A stretch of DNA of 64,000 bases from assembly GCF_033153115.1 (NCBI RefSeq), contig NW_026889803.1, forward strand, positions 15,314,001-15,378,000, read 5' to 3'. Position 1 is the first letter of the stretch, and each line of letters starts with the position of its first letter. Of the stretch, positions 34,767-48,900 are shown one piece after another. The notes under the pieces are model-generated. The model saw only the letters and a program-made list of their open reading frames with translations. It did no database searches and was not told the origin of the DNA. This stretch comes from Saccostrea echinata (lineage: Eukaryota). The position numbers and the translations under genes were made by a program.

Positions 34767-35913
34767 AACAAGAGGTCCAGGGGCCACATCGCTCACCTGA
34801 GCACTTTGGATGAGAAAAAGCAGAAATCGGTTCAGTTTTGAAAAAGTGTTTCGGGGGGGGGGGGGGGGGGGGGGATTTGTTTGATTTGAATCTACCCTTC
34901 TGAATTAATATGACACATAATGGCTTTGCTGTTCTTCAGAAGAAGATTTTTATTGATACATCCTTTATATTCCTTTGTATGACTATGATCCCCTGTTATG
35001 ACTCCTCTAATCTCCTGGGGGTCATGATTTGAACAAATTTGAATCTACATTACCTGAGGATGCTTTAATATTATTATGACCAATCATGGCTTTGCTGTTC
35101 TTGAGAAGAATTTTAAAGATTTTTCCTATGTATTCCTATGTAAAATTTTGATCACCCAATGTGGCCCCACACCCTACCCTGGGGGTCATGATTTGAACAA
35201 ACTTGATTCTACACTACCTGAGGATGCTTCCATATAAATATGACCAATCATGGCTTTGCTGTTCTTGAGAATAAGATTTTTTCCTATGTATACGTATTCC
35301 TATGTAAAATTTTGATCACCCATTGTAGCCCCACCCTACCCCCGGAGGGTCATGATTTGAAAAAACTTGAATCTACACTATCTGAGGATGCTTCCAAATA
35401 AATATGACCAATTATGGCTTTACTGTTCTTGTGAAGCAGATTTTTCCTTTGTATCCCTATGTAAAACTTGATGGCCCATTGTGGCCCAACCCTACCCCTG
35501 GGGGTCATGATTTGAACAAATTTTAATCTACACTACCTTAGGATGCTTCCATATAAATATGACCAATCATGGCTTTGCTATTATTTAGAAGATTTTTAAA
35601 AGATTTTCCCTAGTATGTATTCCTAATACCAGGTATGTCAAAATTTGATCACCAATTGTGGCCTCACCCTACCCCTGGGGGGCATGCTTTGTACAAACTT
35701 GAATCTACACTACCTCATAATGATTCCACATAAGTTTCATATTTTCAAGCACAGTGGTTCTTGAGAGGAAGATTTTTAAATGATGCCATTAACTTCCCCC
35801 AAATTCATAATTATCTCTCCTTGGAAGAAGGCATGGCCCTTCAAACAAACTTGAATCCCTTTACCCAAGGATACTTTGTAGCAAGTTTGGTTGAAATTAA
35901 CCCAGTCATTCTT

Positions 35914-35957
<44 letters not shown>

Positions 35958-36030
35958 TGCCGACGAAAGACAAAGGACAATTATTGATCAGAAAAGCTCA
36001 CTTAAGCCTTTGGTTCAGGTGAGCTAAAAA
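34767..36030 (-). mobile_element. Second HINE copy, same family as 1611-4200, with ~6 satellite units
   Basis: Same termini (AACAAGAGGtCCAgGGGCCACATCGCTCACCTGAG ... TCAGGTGAGCTAAAAA); (ACA/ACG)n microsatellite at ~35942-35967; satellite anchors at about 35041, 35204, 35368, 35525 and 35700. Confidence 0.85.
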
Positions 36031-36694
36031 GTTGCAAGGCAGACCTCTGCGTGGGGTGGGGTTAGGGGTGAGAGACACGAGGGAAATCCATGAGCTCATC
36101 GGCTCACCCACCCTCACCCCCTCTGTTTAGCTAGTTTTTGTTTGTGTGTGATTGTTTTTTTTCAATCTTTCTTTGCTTGTCAAAAATTTCTACGACAATT
36201 TTTGAGTGGATATGACTCCCCTGACCTCCCTTTTCAACATTGTTCAAGGAAAAATTCTTGGATCCTTCTTTGTGAAAGGGCATATGAAAATATTATTAAT
36301 TTAAACTACCATACCATAGGGGCTTAAAATTGGTTTCTGAGGCTGAGGATGGTTATTTTGTTCATTTTTTTTATGTTTGTCTTGATTGAAATAAGAAGTT
36401 TTAAAATATGAAAATTGCTGAAATTATCAATTTTTGGAGAAAAAAAAAAATGTATTTCAATATAGTTTATTTTTTTCAGGAAATAATTTAGCTAGTCAAA
36501 AATAAAGTTGATCATGACCTTGGTTCCACTAGAAATAGATTATAAGTGGCTTATCAATTCCATGGTTTAAAAATATACCTAAGGTCAAGAATAGTTAGGT
36601 ATTCATTATGTTATAAACATCATATCAATTCACTGTGTGAAAAAACTGTGTTCAATTTGCGCGGAAACACGTACTTTCTAGTGCCTTTTCTTGT

Positions 36695-37475
36695 GACAAT
36701 GTCCCCTGCTTTCACTGAAGTGTGGAATATCATTATTTGGGTCTGTCCGTCCATCCTTTTTGTGTGTAACACTATCGTTTCCAGACGATATCTCAAAAGC
36801 TTTTGAGCTTTTGCAATAAAATTTTATATCACAACTCCTTATGACCATTTGAAAGAACAATCCAATTGATGTTGATGTCAAAAGGTTAAAGGTCAGAAAT
36901 TCATACATTATGTCTGCCTGTAAGACTATTGTTTTTGGATGATAACTCAAAAAGCCTAAAAAGCTTTTGGAATGAAATCTTATATCACAACTCCCTGTGG
37001 TCTTGAGTAGACCCCAGTTGATTAAATTTTGAGATCAAAAAGATCAAAAGTTAAGGTAAAATTTTCACACATTGCAAATAAAATGGTTTCCCAATGAAAA
37101 CTTGTTTTCTTTGAGCTTTTGCAATAAAATTTTATATCTTAACTCCAACTGACTTAGAGAAGACCCCTATTGATTTTGAGGTCAAAAGGTCAGAGTAAAA
37201 AAATTTTATCTTGCATAAAATGGCTTCCTGGTTATAACTTTAGTTCTCTTTCAGGTTTTACCAGTGAACTGATTTTGAGGTAAAGACCAAGGTCACAGTC
37301 ATACATTGCATACACAGACTTTAGTTGTTTGTTAGCTTTGGCAATGAAAATTAAGGTCAAAAAATTTCTTAGTGATAAAGCTTTATACATAAGATCAATA
37401 CCCAATGATCCTAAGTGACAAGTTTGTGTACATCCTTCGTTTAGTAGGTTCACGGATGTTTTTCTCAGGTGACTT
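36695..37475 (+). mobile_element. Degenerate HINE-like element with ~150-bp internal repeats
   Basis: GTCTGTCCGTCCATCC microsatellite near the 5' end; recurring GAGCTTTTGCAATAAAATTTTATATC..AACTCC motif at about 36805, 36962 and 37113; boundaries approximate. Confidence 0.5.
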
Positions 37476-38681
37476 AACTATAATAGATAAACATCGAAAG
37501 GGTTTATCCTACAGTTTTAATTATAAAAACATTTTCTAGATTATACAAAAGTAAATAACTTTGCATTCAAAACTTATGATACAGAATCACATAAGTTGAA
37601 TGCATAAAATCAATGCACATGTAATTTGCATTTCAATACAATGTAAATCAATATATCATTTTTGTATAATCACTGTCATTTCATGATACAGTTAATGTGC
37701 ATACATGTATATACATGTACTAGTAATACATTATACTCTAACCATAAAACATTGAAAATATAGAAATTCATCAATTCATTACTGTGTTGCACTGTGTCAA
37801 CAATTTTTTATTTGTGTAAAACCTTTCTTTGACAGCAGTGCTGATTTATGTGTGACAGTAATGAACATGTACAGAGTACTTTAAAACAAAACAAATGGAT
37901 TTCATTTTGAGGAACAGTTAGTTTTTAATACTGGAATTTCAAAATAAACAAAAACAAAACAAAACAAAAAAAACAAACAAAAAACAAAACAAAAAAACTG
38001 TATATTTAGATTTCTGTCACTTACTGTCCAAGGTTAAAGGTTAAAGATCCAAATTTTTCAAAAGTTATGTCCCTTGGACACCATCCATTGCATTCTCAAA
38101 GTAGGCTTTGAAACTTTCTGGTTTTTAATTATTGTTGTCATTTGGCATAAAAATGTCACTTGCATCTTGTATTTTGATTTCCCCAGGATGGGGCTACCAA
38201 TGTATTGAAAAAAATTATAAAAGAATGTTAATTTATTGAAGTACATGTACCCCTAAATGTTTAGAAGCATAAAGAAGAGAAATACTGTTTTCTTTCTTCT
38301 TTTTTATTTTTTTTACTTTTCAGTAGACTTTGGAAAGGGACATAATTCAATTTACTTTTTGCTAAGTGTGAATTAAACTACTGTGTTGATTTAGACTCTT
38401 TAATACCTCATTTATGATATACATGTAATTTTCCATCAAATACCACTTGCAGAATAATGCATCTCAACAGCTCCCTTAATGCATCAGTTTATCAAACATT
38501 CATATAGTTAAAGATCAAAATATCTTGCACAAAATTATATTAAAATAAATAGTTCTATAATCAAGAAAGTACTGTATAAAATGTAATAATTATTGGTAAT
38601 GATAAAAAAGGGAAACATGTCTGTCCAGGTGAATATCATCTAATGGTGATGACGGAATGTAGACAAATCCTCTTCAATTAT

Positions 38682-41600
38682 TTACTGCTTGGCAGCCAGA
38701 GCCATTTTCCTCCTCTTTGATGCCACAAATATTGACCAGACTAAGGCTAGCACATTTCCAAATAAAACACGATACTGAAAAAGAGCCAGTTAGATCATAA
38801 ATGCTTTCTATAAATCAAACTTGATCTATTTTTTTACTAAGAGAAGTTAAATCAGAAATATTGAACCCCTTTGGGCTTTCTGATACATGTAAGACGCTCA
38901 TTATATATGAACAAATTTAATCTTCACTTCAGCAATAATTATTTTCATGAAAACTAACAGAAGCTTTTTTTTGATAATTTTGTCATTAATTAATGCATGT
39001 ACAACAGAACATTATAAATTTTACTTCAATACTATAATTAAACATTGGAGCATATCAGATCTAGCTGCAATAGTGTAGCCCATTAATTTTTTTTTGGTGG
39101 TGGTGGTGGTTGTTGGGGGGGGGGGGGGCTACAATTCTTGAAAACATCAGATACAAAAAAAGTAGAGGGCTTATGTTTTTGCAGCTATATCAGATGTAGT
39201 GTAAGGAAAAACACATGAAATATGTTGCATGTTTACCTTTGGTGGCACATAATTGATATTCACATATTGAAACACTGTCCACACCTGAAGATTTAACTTA
39301 TAGACTGGCCAGAATGATTCCTTTATTCTGGCTATGGCTGCATGATGTCCTTGGCCCTATTAATAAAATAAGTTGCATTAAAAATAAAATATTCCATATA
39401 AACATAAAACTCATTTTGCTACAGATACATGTTAGTTTATATATACAAGTCAACTGATTTATGGTTGATATGGCTTTTAATGTGACATATACAGACACTT
39501 CATTTTTCTCATGTGCAAGATAATATATTTTTTTAAAATTATTTGCATTATATTATTTGCAATGTAACTTTCTGACAACAAACAAATTCAGTACTCATGA
39601 CTTATTTGTGTAATCCTGAGCCCCTTCAACATGTTCAAGTAAATTAATAATCTTTATTTCATCTTACCTCTAAAATTGTGATCACATATAAAAACAGCAA
39701 CAGGAATGGTGGGGCAAAAACCAGTCTGTCCACAATAACTCGCTTGATACCATCAAGAGTTGTTTTTTCTTTCTTTGGTGGCATAATTTTGTCCAGCAGG
39801 ATGTAAAATTTGTGAATTAAGGGACCACTAACCACAAATCTACAAAATACCACATTCAGCTATAGAGTCTGCATAAGAGAAATATCCAATTTATATACAA
39901 AATGGGTGCAGTAACAATTAACATCAGCTGAGTCTAGTCTCTTCTCCATTTTGAAATATGAAGGCCATTCAAAAAATATACAGACTTAATTGTCAAATCT
40001 TTTCTACTTAACGTCATGCCACAACCAAATTTAGAAGACATATTTTAACAAATAATCCAATGATGTGAATAAAAAATTCAAATAAATCATGATATATTTC
40101 AAAATCTAAAATTAAAAAGTCTGAAAAAGGGTCATTCAGCATGAAAAAAATCAATAATTTGCAAACACTGTATATTGTATAAAGTCAATTTAAATTCAAA
40201 TTGAGAATTGTTACATCATTTTATATGCCATATTGGGACATATTATATTGCTTTATTAAAAAGAAATCAATTGCAAAGACAGTTAATTCTCATTGAAAAA
40301 GGCAAAAAAGATGACAACATTGGCTCCCATCATGGAGCAGTGAGTGGCGATACAATTATGTGTTGCACTCTGGAAAACTTTAAAAGGAACTGAAAATGCT
40401 AGAGAAAGAAAGAAACATGTCAAAAGTGAGTCACGTTTTTGTGTATTTAAAATGGCAGATGCAGGCGGTTTATTAGTGGTAGAGACTGTATCAGAGGATA
40501 GTAGGCCTGTGAGGAAACAGATTATCAGTAAAAATCTGGTCCAAAGAACACCACATATCAACATTGGAATTTTAAAAACAAAATGTCTTGAAAGTTTCTC
40601 AAAAAATACACATACTACACTTCACACACAGTCTGTGGTGCCTTACCAATCCAAGAAAAAGTGTTTCTAAACCACTTATAACAACTGTTCAAGTAGCATA
40701 ATAAGTTTTTCAATGTTTTTTAAAATTTTTTAACCACTTTCGATGGTGTTCTTTGGACCAGATTTTTACTGATAATCTGTTTCCTCACAGGCCTACTATC
40801 CTCTGATACAGTCTCTACCACTTATAAACCGCCTGCAGCTGCCATTTTAAATACACAGTCTGTGGTGCCTTACCAATCCAAGAAAAAGTGTTTCTAAACC
40901 ACTTATAACAACTGTTCAAGTAGCATAATAAGTTTTTCAGTGTTTTTTAAATTTTTTAACCACTTTCGATGGTGTTCTTTGGACCAGATATGTAATAATG
41001 TACTCATATGGTATTACATATTGATTTTAAAATTAAGGTAACATAAGTTCCATTTCATTGATTGGAATGAAACTTCACATATCTCCAAAATAAATATGTT
41101 TACATATGATCATGTGTTGATCTTAAATCTTTTACAAATAAATAATATGATGTAGAATGACATTGTTCATCCATTTCTTGAATAATTCTTTTAATATGCT
41201 ACGTATTTACAAGTATAAAGCATATCCCAAATCTCCCAGTGCACCTTCCCCTAAGCCAATATAAATTCAGATAATTCTATGGATGGATGTAAAAGTGTTT
41301 AAACTAAAGAATGATAAATGTATATATGGATAGATATTAGTAATTTTTCAGTTTCCCCACCCTACCCCATCCATGGTGAAAATATCCATGCAAAAAACTA
41401 TCTTAGCAGTTAACATATGCCAATGATTGATGATATTAATCTTATATAACTGAAATAAGTTAGAAACAATTACCCAAATGCTGCATACGCTGCCACACTT
41501 CTCCATACAATTTTGCCTCCATTCTGAGGATTGGGAACGATCAACTGCGAGGCAAGACTTCCAATTGATGCAATGACACCACTGAAGTTTCAATAAACAT

Positions 41601-42648
41601 AAGCATCTATTTAGTACATGTAAAACTGGACTTGATACATGCATCCCTTTACATTTCAACATCGAAGATGATATCTTTTATCAGAGACATATATACCAGA
41701 GATTGGAAACAGTTCAAACTCACAAGATCTAACAGTCCCGGTTGTTTACTTTTTCAAATCTTGACTACTTTAAATCACATAAATCTTTAAAATTATCAAG
41801 GATAATGAATTACAAATTTTAATTTATATTAACAAACCATTCAGAACATTATATTTTCATAATTTTCTGTGCATTTCTGTGCGACTTAGTCGAGGGGAGA
41901 CTGCCGGCCACCCGGCAGGCTGGGCCCCTCGACATGGCTGCACCGACCACCTGCCGAGCTGGTCGAGGGAGACTGTATTTAATCTAGTAACTAAGGAGAA
42001 ATCTGAAGTTGTAACAGGTGACTCATGGTCGGCCATATCACCCTGATTTCGCCAACTTGTGATCATTGACCTCTTAAATTTGTCTGGTTTGCTTTTCATA
42101 ATTAATATATCATGTATATAGTTTTAAAACTTTACAAATCATATAACCATATGTAATAAAATTAATGTCAATTTAACATAAGATAGAAATAGTGGGTACA
42201 CAACCAATAAAGAGTAATTATTAGGATAATGCCGGGACCTTCATGTACTTCAGAAAATAAGCATATTAATGGCAGAGTTGGAAATCTCTGTTATTTATGT
42301 CTCTGCATTTATGTAGGTTGACAATCTTAAAAATTTACATCAGAGAAAGTGAAAGTACAGTTGTCCAGCGTTGATTAAAGCTTATGAAATCATTATTTAA
42401 TTTTTTTTTTTTTTTTGAAAGTTTAACCTTGTGGAAATATATTGACCTTAGATATAGCTTAATGATGTCTTAAATATCTATATAGAATAAATTCAAAGTA
42501 GATGCTGAGTGGTTTTCCTATGTACATGCAAAAGTTTCAACCTTGTTACAGCTTTTGTCAACAATGGTTTAGTATGCAGAGCCTTGAGGTAAGCAGCGAG
42601 GGCCTTCTCCAGTGGATTCTGGTCTCCTTTGTCTTTACTTAGGCTCAT
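38682..42648 (-). CDS. PXMP2: Peroxisomal membrane protein 2 (Mpv17/PMP22 family), 199 aa, 5 exons
   Basis: Exons 42648-42542 (YLKALHTKPLLTKAVTS), 41581-41474, 39839-39668 (GPLIHKFY..DRLVFAPPFL), 39356-39237 (NLQVWTVFQYVNINYVPPK), 38774-38682 (YRVLFGNVLALVW); all in phase. Confidence 0.93.
40440..40990. repeat. TIR element (ATCTGGTCCAAAGAACACCA ends) with an embedded inverted plus tandem duplication
   Basis: 40440-40553 is inverted at 40744-40857; 40626-40763 is repeated directly at 40853-40989. Confidence 0.85.
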
Positions 42649-42938
42649 TTTTCTTGCGTTCGGTGTCTGTGTTAAAATTACGTGAGTTATCAGCGTTCCT
42701 CTTTTCGCTCATTCCCGTTTCTGACCTCTCATGGGCGCAGACATGTTACATCTCGGAAAATCTCGCAATTGACTTCGTTTGGTATACCTCTCGAATTATC
42801 ATTGAATTATAAAGAAAAAACTAAGGAAGTTCCGTATTAATTTATTTGGTCAGCCATTGCAGTAAAAATTGTTTTTTAGACGAGGATGAAAATCGTGTAT
42901 TTTGTTCATGTTTCTTCGTTTTCGTTGGAAAATCAGAC
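42649..42938. promoter_or_regulatory. Compact bidirectional promoter of PXMP2 and the DGCR2-like gene
   Basis: Divergent ATGs 290 bp apart; locally CpG-enriched; ETS-like GGAAGTTCCG at ~42825. Confidence 0.65.
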
Positions 42939-45900
42939 ATGCTTGCCATCTTAATTTTCGTCTTTACAACAGGGATAGATTCAGGTTGGTATAGACTTCG
43001 AACTGTTCAATGATTTTTAGTAACATTGCAACTAACAACAGTAACAGAAAACGTTTGTCTTTTTTTCTAATCTTGACATATGAAAAAAGGTTGTAAGTAT
43101 GTATTTAGAATAATCTGTGAGAATTCTTTTCTTGACTTTATGTATACTTGGACTTGTTTGAAAGCTGAAAATTTTCCCTGATAAAAAAGATATACCTATT
43201 CATCAATACTGAATATTCAAGCAGTTACAATGTATTGAATATTTAACATTGTATTTCATTCATTCATGCATTTCACAAAGACTTATACAACAGCAAACGT
43301 TTTTAAGAAGTTTTAAATTCACAACTATGCGATGACATATAATTATGCCTTACTGACATGGCAGGAGATCTAATATGTTGATGATATAACCGTTGGGGCA
43401 GGCACAATTGTGTACTATTGGATAGCCTACCTTTTCAATTTTAACTGACATCCACCTATTCAAACAGCATGAGATATTTGGAAGGTCTAGAATGAGACTT
43501 CACATGGTGTCGTATGTTAGTAAACTTGGTCGCATATTTCCATAATGAAGTCTGAAATGTGCAATTTTTAACAAAAAAACGTTTTAATCTACTATCTGCA
43601 ACATCCTTTAAATTGAAGTTAGTTTATTTGTTATTTGTAAACTTTTGTTTGGTTATAGCAAGAATTTGTTTGGGTGCCATATGCAATTTATGGAGCACAA
43701 GGTTTACAGGGGAAACGAATTCTATTGTGCAGATAGTCTGAATTTTCTCTTCACCTATGTGTTACTTTAAAAATTCACAGTGACTAGTGGCACTTAACAC
43801 CGCTCTCTATAATTACATTTATAGTAGGGCTGTCACGGTTCCAAAATTTTTTCGGGTCGGGTCGGTTCTGTAAATTTTCGGTTTGGGTTTCGGGTTTTTG
43901 GGTTCGGTTATTTACATCTATTTTAAACCTTAATTTCATGAATTTAACTTGAAAAATCTTTATTTGTTACATTAAATTTACATTGAAAACAAGTCTTAAC
44001 CATGCGAACGTCTAGACATCGGTGTGTAGAACTACTTGGCCTACTATTAGCCACAACCTGACTATTCCTGCTCGTATTGATAATTATCTAATACTTCTGT
44101 GACAAGTGTTTTGTCATAGGAAGAAGTAGATTTCAGTTGTGATGTTTATTTATCACTGTTATCGCCATCATTCCTTTGATTTCGACGCCATTTTTTGTAT
44201 TGAACAGACTCTAATATATAAACCAGACCTGAACCGAAATCCGGAAAAATGGAACCGAAACCAAACTGAACAACTTGGACCACTGTTCTCGGTTATTTCG
44301 GGTACTCGTGACAGCCCTAATTTATAGCATCAAGTTCTGTCATATTTACATCACAGGGCACCTTTTAATACAAATATATACACTGATAGGCAGTACAATG
44401 TATCATGATATATGATACATTGATAAAAAATTGAAAACAGTATTGCTGTACTCTACACTATGCTGTACTAAGGGATGGATATATATTGCCTTATTGTTGC
44501 ACCTCTAAAGATAATATTTATTTGCATCACATTAGCATTTACTAATAGGTCAAATGTCATTATGTGTAAAGGTTTATAGTCTCCTTGTAAGATTTCTTCC
44601 AATTTTCTCAAGATAGTAGCAGTTCAGTTAAGTAATAGGGGTTAATTTTCATTTGATTCTTAATATACTAAAGCACTGAAATCGATTTGTCAGAGTCAGT
44701 GATAAGTAGTACGTTCTTGCTCTCTCTTGGTCATTAAAATCTCATTCAGTTGATTGATATATGTCTAAAGGAGCGTTCAGATTGACTCCAAACCTGTTGA
44801 ATACAGTGAAGTTCCGGGTTGGGCAATAATACTGTCATTCCAGTACGGTGCATTACATATGAGAAAAGCATTGTTTTACGATTACATTTATGTTGCTTAG
44901 TACTCTGAATAAAAAGGTGTAAAATGAATTAAGATGTGCCAGTTGAATGTGAAGAACTATTGTCAAAATTTCAAAATGAAATAAGGTAATAATTTTGACA
45001 ATTTTCAAGTAGTGCTGATGCAGAAACATGTAAAAGTGTCAGACAAAAAGTTCAAGTTTTTACCAGCAAAGAAAACTCTTTCAATTGGCATATTCAGAGA
45101 AATATTGCTAAAGCCATAACATAGTTGATTATCTATTAAATTCAAGAATATACTTGAGAAATTTGTTTTCTGTAGTGTAACAGTCTACTGACCTCAGAAG
45201 GTCATATTATCCATCAGCACACATCAGTATGAGTTACTACGTCTATATGGGAGTAAGATAAGATGAATCTAGGTCAGCAAAGATTTTATTAATTAATATG
45301 ACAAAAATCATTGCATCATATATTTTTCAAATGATTGGGTACTATATAGCAAAGTAGGTTAGTAACTTAGTATACATACATATTTAATTTACTTCATATA
45401 TGTGTGTTATTAGAATGGTAATTTTTAAAGGCAACAAATCCATGAAATATGAATCATTTTTGATGAGACTATGGTAATGATGTAAAGTAATTTTGAATTC
45501 AGATCAGGTGGTAATTCATGATTCTGGACTTTTAACATGTATTGCTATTAGGGGTGTAACGATATACTGATATACCTGCATACCGTGATACACCAAGAAA
45601 TTGTACTGTATCATGATTAAAAAAAACATGAATTATACCTGTGTATCACGATACATAACATTTTAGGAGCTGTTTTCATTGTGTTCAGAGCTAAGTATTA
45701 AATGTTACATAATGTATTTGTGAACTTGAGGAAATAGTCTACAACTTTTATCCTTCCACAGTGTAATGGAGAGGTCCTCATTTAAGAACAGAGACATGCA
45801 AATTATATTAAAAATATGAAAAGGTGAAATATCATGATATGAATTAAGATATAGTCCCACTGTATCATTATATTTCACAGTAAGCTCTAGTTGTATCATT

Positions 45901-48900
45901 ATAACCCTAAATTCACTGTATGTATCAACAACCAGCAATTCCCACAAACAAGAGGACAACAAGATGAGCATATGGCATTTTTATCACCTCGCTCTACTAC
46001 TAAGTCCCACATTCTTTCTCATACATGTATTATGCTGGTGCTTCAGGTAGCCTTGTCCAATGCTGGCATGAAGTCCAGTGTTCAAGTGCTTCTGATAAAA
46101 AAATATTTAGATAACTAAAACAATGGCCTGTGTAAACGGTGGAACTTGAAGAGGTTACTTCAAAATGAAATGAAATTCATATATGACATATATGTACGTG
46201 TACTATTTTTCTCTCCTCTAATAGACAAGCTTTGGTTTTGTTGGAGGTGTACAAGTTCAAATTAATTTTGATATTTGAAAAAAATTAACAAAGGACAAAA
46301 TGTACAGTAATGTGAAAATTTGTATACTAGTATATACATATTAAGTGTTTAGAGGCTATTTCATCCTATTTATATTAAAAAAAAAGCTTTGTCCATCAAT
46401 CATTCTAGTATAAATGTTAATCAAACTGTCTTTGTAAACTTAACTGCATGTAATGTAATTATGCAAATTTTAAATACCACATATTTGAGATAAACTGCAT
46501 AATAAATTTTATCATGTAAAATATTTACCATTAGTTTCGTATTCTAATTTCATTTGAAATCAATGGGTCTTTTATTCTCTTATGCTGCCAAGTTAAATTA
46601 TTTTGTGGCTAGCAGTTGCTGCAGAGTTTACATTAAAAAGTTAATTTTCTCCCTTTAATAGAAGGCCTTATTATTGGTTTAAAGTTGAGATGACCTGATA
46701 AGATTATGGTTGAGTAACATGTTTGAGATAATTAACTCCTGTCCTAGCAAGCTTTGGTTCTGTATCTCTGTTATTTAATCAGAAAGATACCACACAAAGG
46801 ACTCAGTTACCCATCTACAAGAATTCGGCCATTATCTGTATACTGTATACTGTGTCCAAGATTGCCCAGCCCAGACCTACTAAGTCTCCAAATGGGAGGG
46901 ATAAAGATTTTTGGCCAACTTTTCACTGATCCAAGATTGATATCTCAGGATAACAAATTGGAATTGTGACCACTTAATATATTTTTATATTAAGAAGCAT
47001 ATAATGAAGTCTATTTATTGTAGCTTGAAAAATTAAGTTACAGTCACACATTACAGAGACATATTTCTTTTGTGAAAAGAAAAAAGAACAAAAGAGTTGG
47101 ACAGGGTGGTTAAGAAATGAAGTTATAGAATGGACATATTAGGCAAGTGATTTAGTGAGAAGAAAACTTTTGAATTACCCTCTGGAACTGTTTACTTCTT
47201 ATAAAAGGAAGATTAGGTGGAGTTGTTGAGAAGATATTGCTTAAAAAATTCTGACAGCTGAAAGCATTTGTAGTTAGGAGACAGAAGTTTACAAAAATGT
47301 CATTAATTCGTAAGTAAAAATTGTATTATAAGGTTTACGAAATCATTTAAATTTTATTTTTTATTTTATTATTATCGAATTCTGTATATGATAAGGCGTA
47401 TTTAAAAATTAATTTCTAAAATTTTGAAGAAAGAAAAATGGAAACCACTGTCGTTTGTTAAATTGTCATAAAAATGAGTTGAAGACACTTAAGGTATAGG
47501 CCATTCCACTATGACTTTATATATTTTAATTTTATTAACCCAAGCAGCCATTGAACTTGTAATGATTAAATGAGACATCATTTTAAGTTTATTATTTTAC
47601 CAAAAGTGTAATAGGTCATTACAGATATGACACTTGAGGACTTAAAATCATAAGGTTAGTTGAACTCTTGCTGAAATGGATATTCATCATATACCTGTTG
47701 ATTCATTTATGGATGGTAGTCAAGATGTTTTGGAAAGAGTAATTAATCATACAATAAGAAAGGAGAATTGACAGTGAATGGTCCAGTGAATATCATGTAT
47801 AGCTAACAACTTAACCTTTGATAACATACAAAAATTATTAGCCAGGAGAAAATCGCAAACTCAAATGTTTTACATCTTTTTATTTATTTTTTTTTTTCAA
47901 TTTTTTTGATTGCTATTTCACTGTTTATATTTGGGAGCAAATAACATGATATACTAAAACATACATTCCCATTGACTATTTAACTGGCTCTTTAAGAGCC
48001 CTCTATACACAATCTAATTAAAATTATATAGCCTCTATACACTGCACACTAAAGAGAATTCATGGTACATGTATTTTTATGCAGTTAGAGTGGTCTGCTC
48101 TTACATCTAAAATATAAATATATTGAAATCCAAAGTTTATTACTCAATTGGTAATAAATACAAGCATTCTTAGTATTTCATTTTGACTCTTAGTAGATGA
48201 ATTAATAAAATGCTTTATAATTGATTGTTGCAGTTAATTAACTACATTTTACTTGTTTTTCAGCCATATCTGAACTAAAATGCACAGACTATGCTGGAAA
48301 AGAAATTCCAAATGGTCAAGTTTATCAACCCAAAAATGATCCCTGTTACCAGTGTACATGTAGTAATGGGTTCCCCACCATGTGCAAGTCAGTGTCTTGC
48401 ATTCCTCCCACTGGCTGCCATAACCCTGTCATGATAGAGGGAAAATGCTGCGCATTCCGTTGTGATGAGGATAACAGTGGGGGACAAGGAAACTTCCCTA
48501 CTGTCAACTCCACTGACCCTACCAGAAAAAATAATGACAATGGTTAGCTTTTTCATCCCCCTTTTAGCATGGGAGGGATCCAAATGATTTTTTTTTTTGG
48601 ATAAAATTACTTCTCAATATCAAAGTACATGCATAACCTATGTAATGTGAGGGACAAGTTGAGTTTTCAATCTTTTTAATTGTTGTTAATTGAAAAACTA
48701 TTCATCTAAAATTCTAGAAATTTAATTGCATATCATGTAACTGTGCTCATAGTGTGACTCAAAATTACAGGGAGCAGTGATAATATGACCACCCTGGGTC
48801 TGAGACTGGTGGCAAGTACTATCACCTCATTTCTGGTACTTGCTCTTCTTCTCTTCATGGGTCATCGCCTCCGACAACGAAGACTTCTTCAAGCCATGCG

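Noticed and set aside
40283-40670. Overlapping 93-aa and 108-aa ORFs in PXMP2 intron 2
   Set aside because: Fall in the rearranged TIR region; no domain similarity recognised
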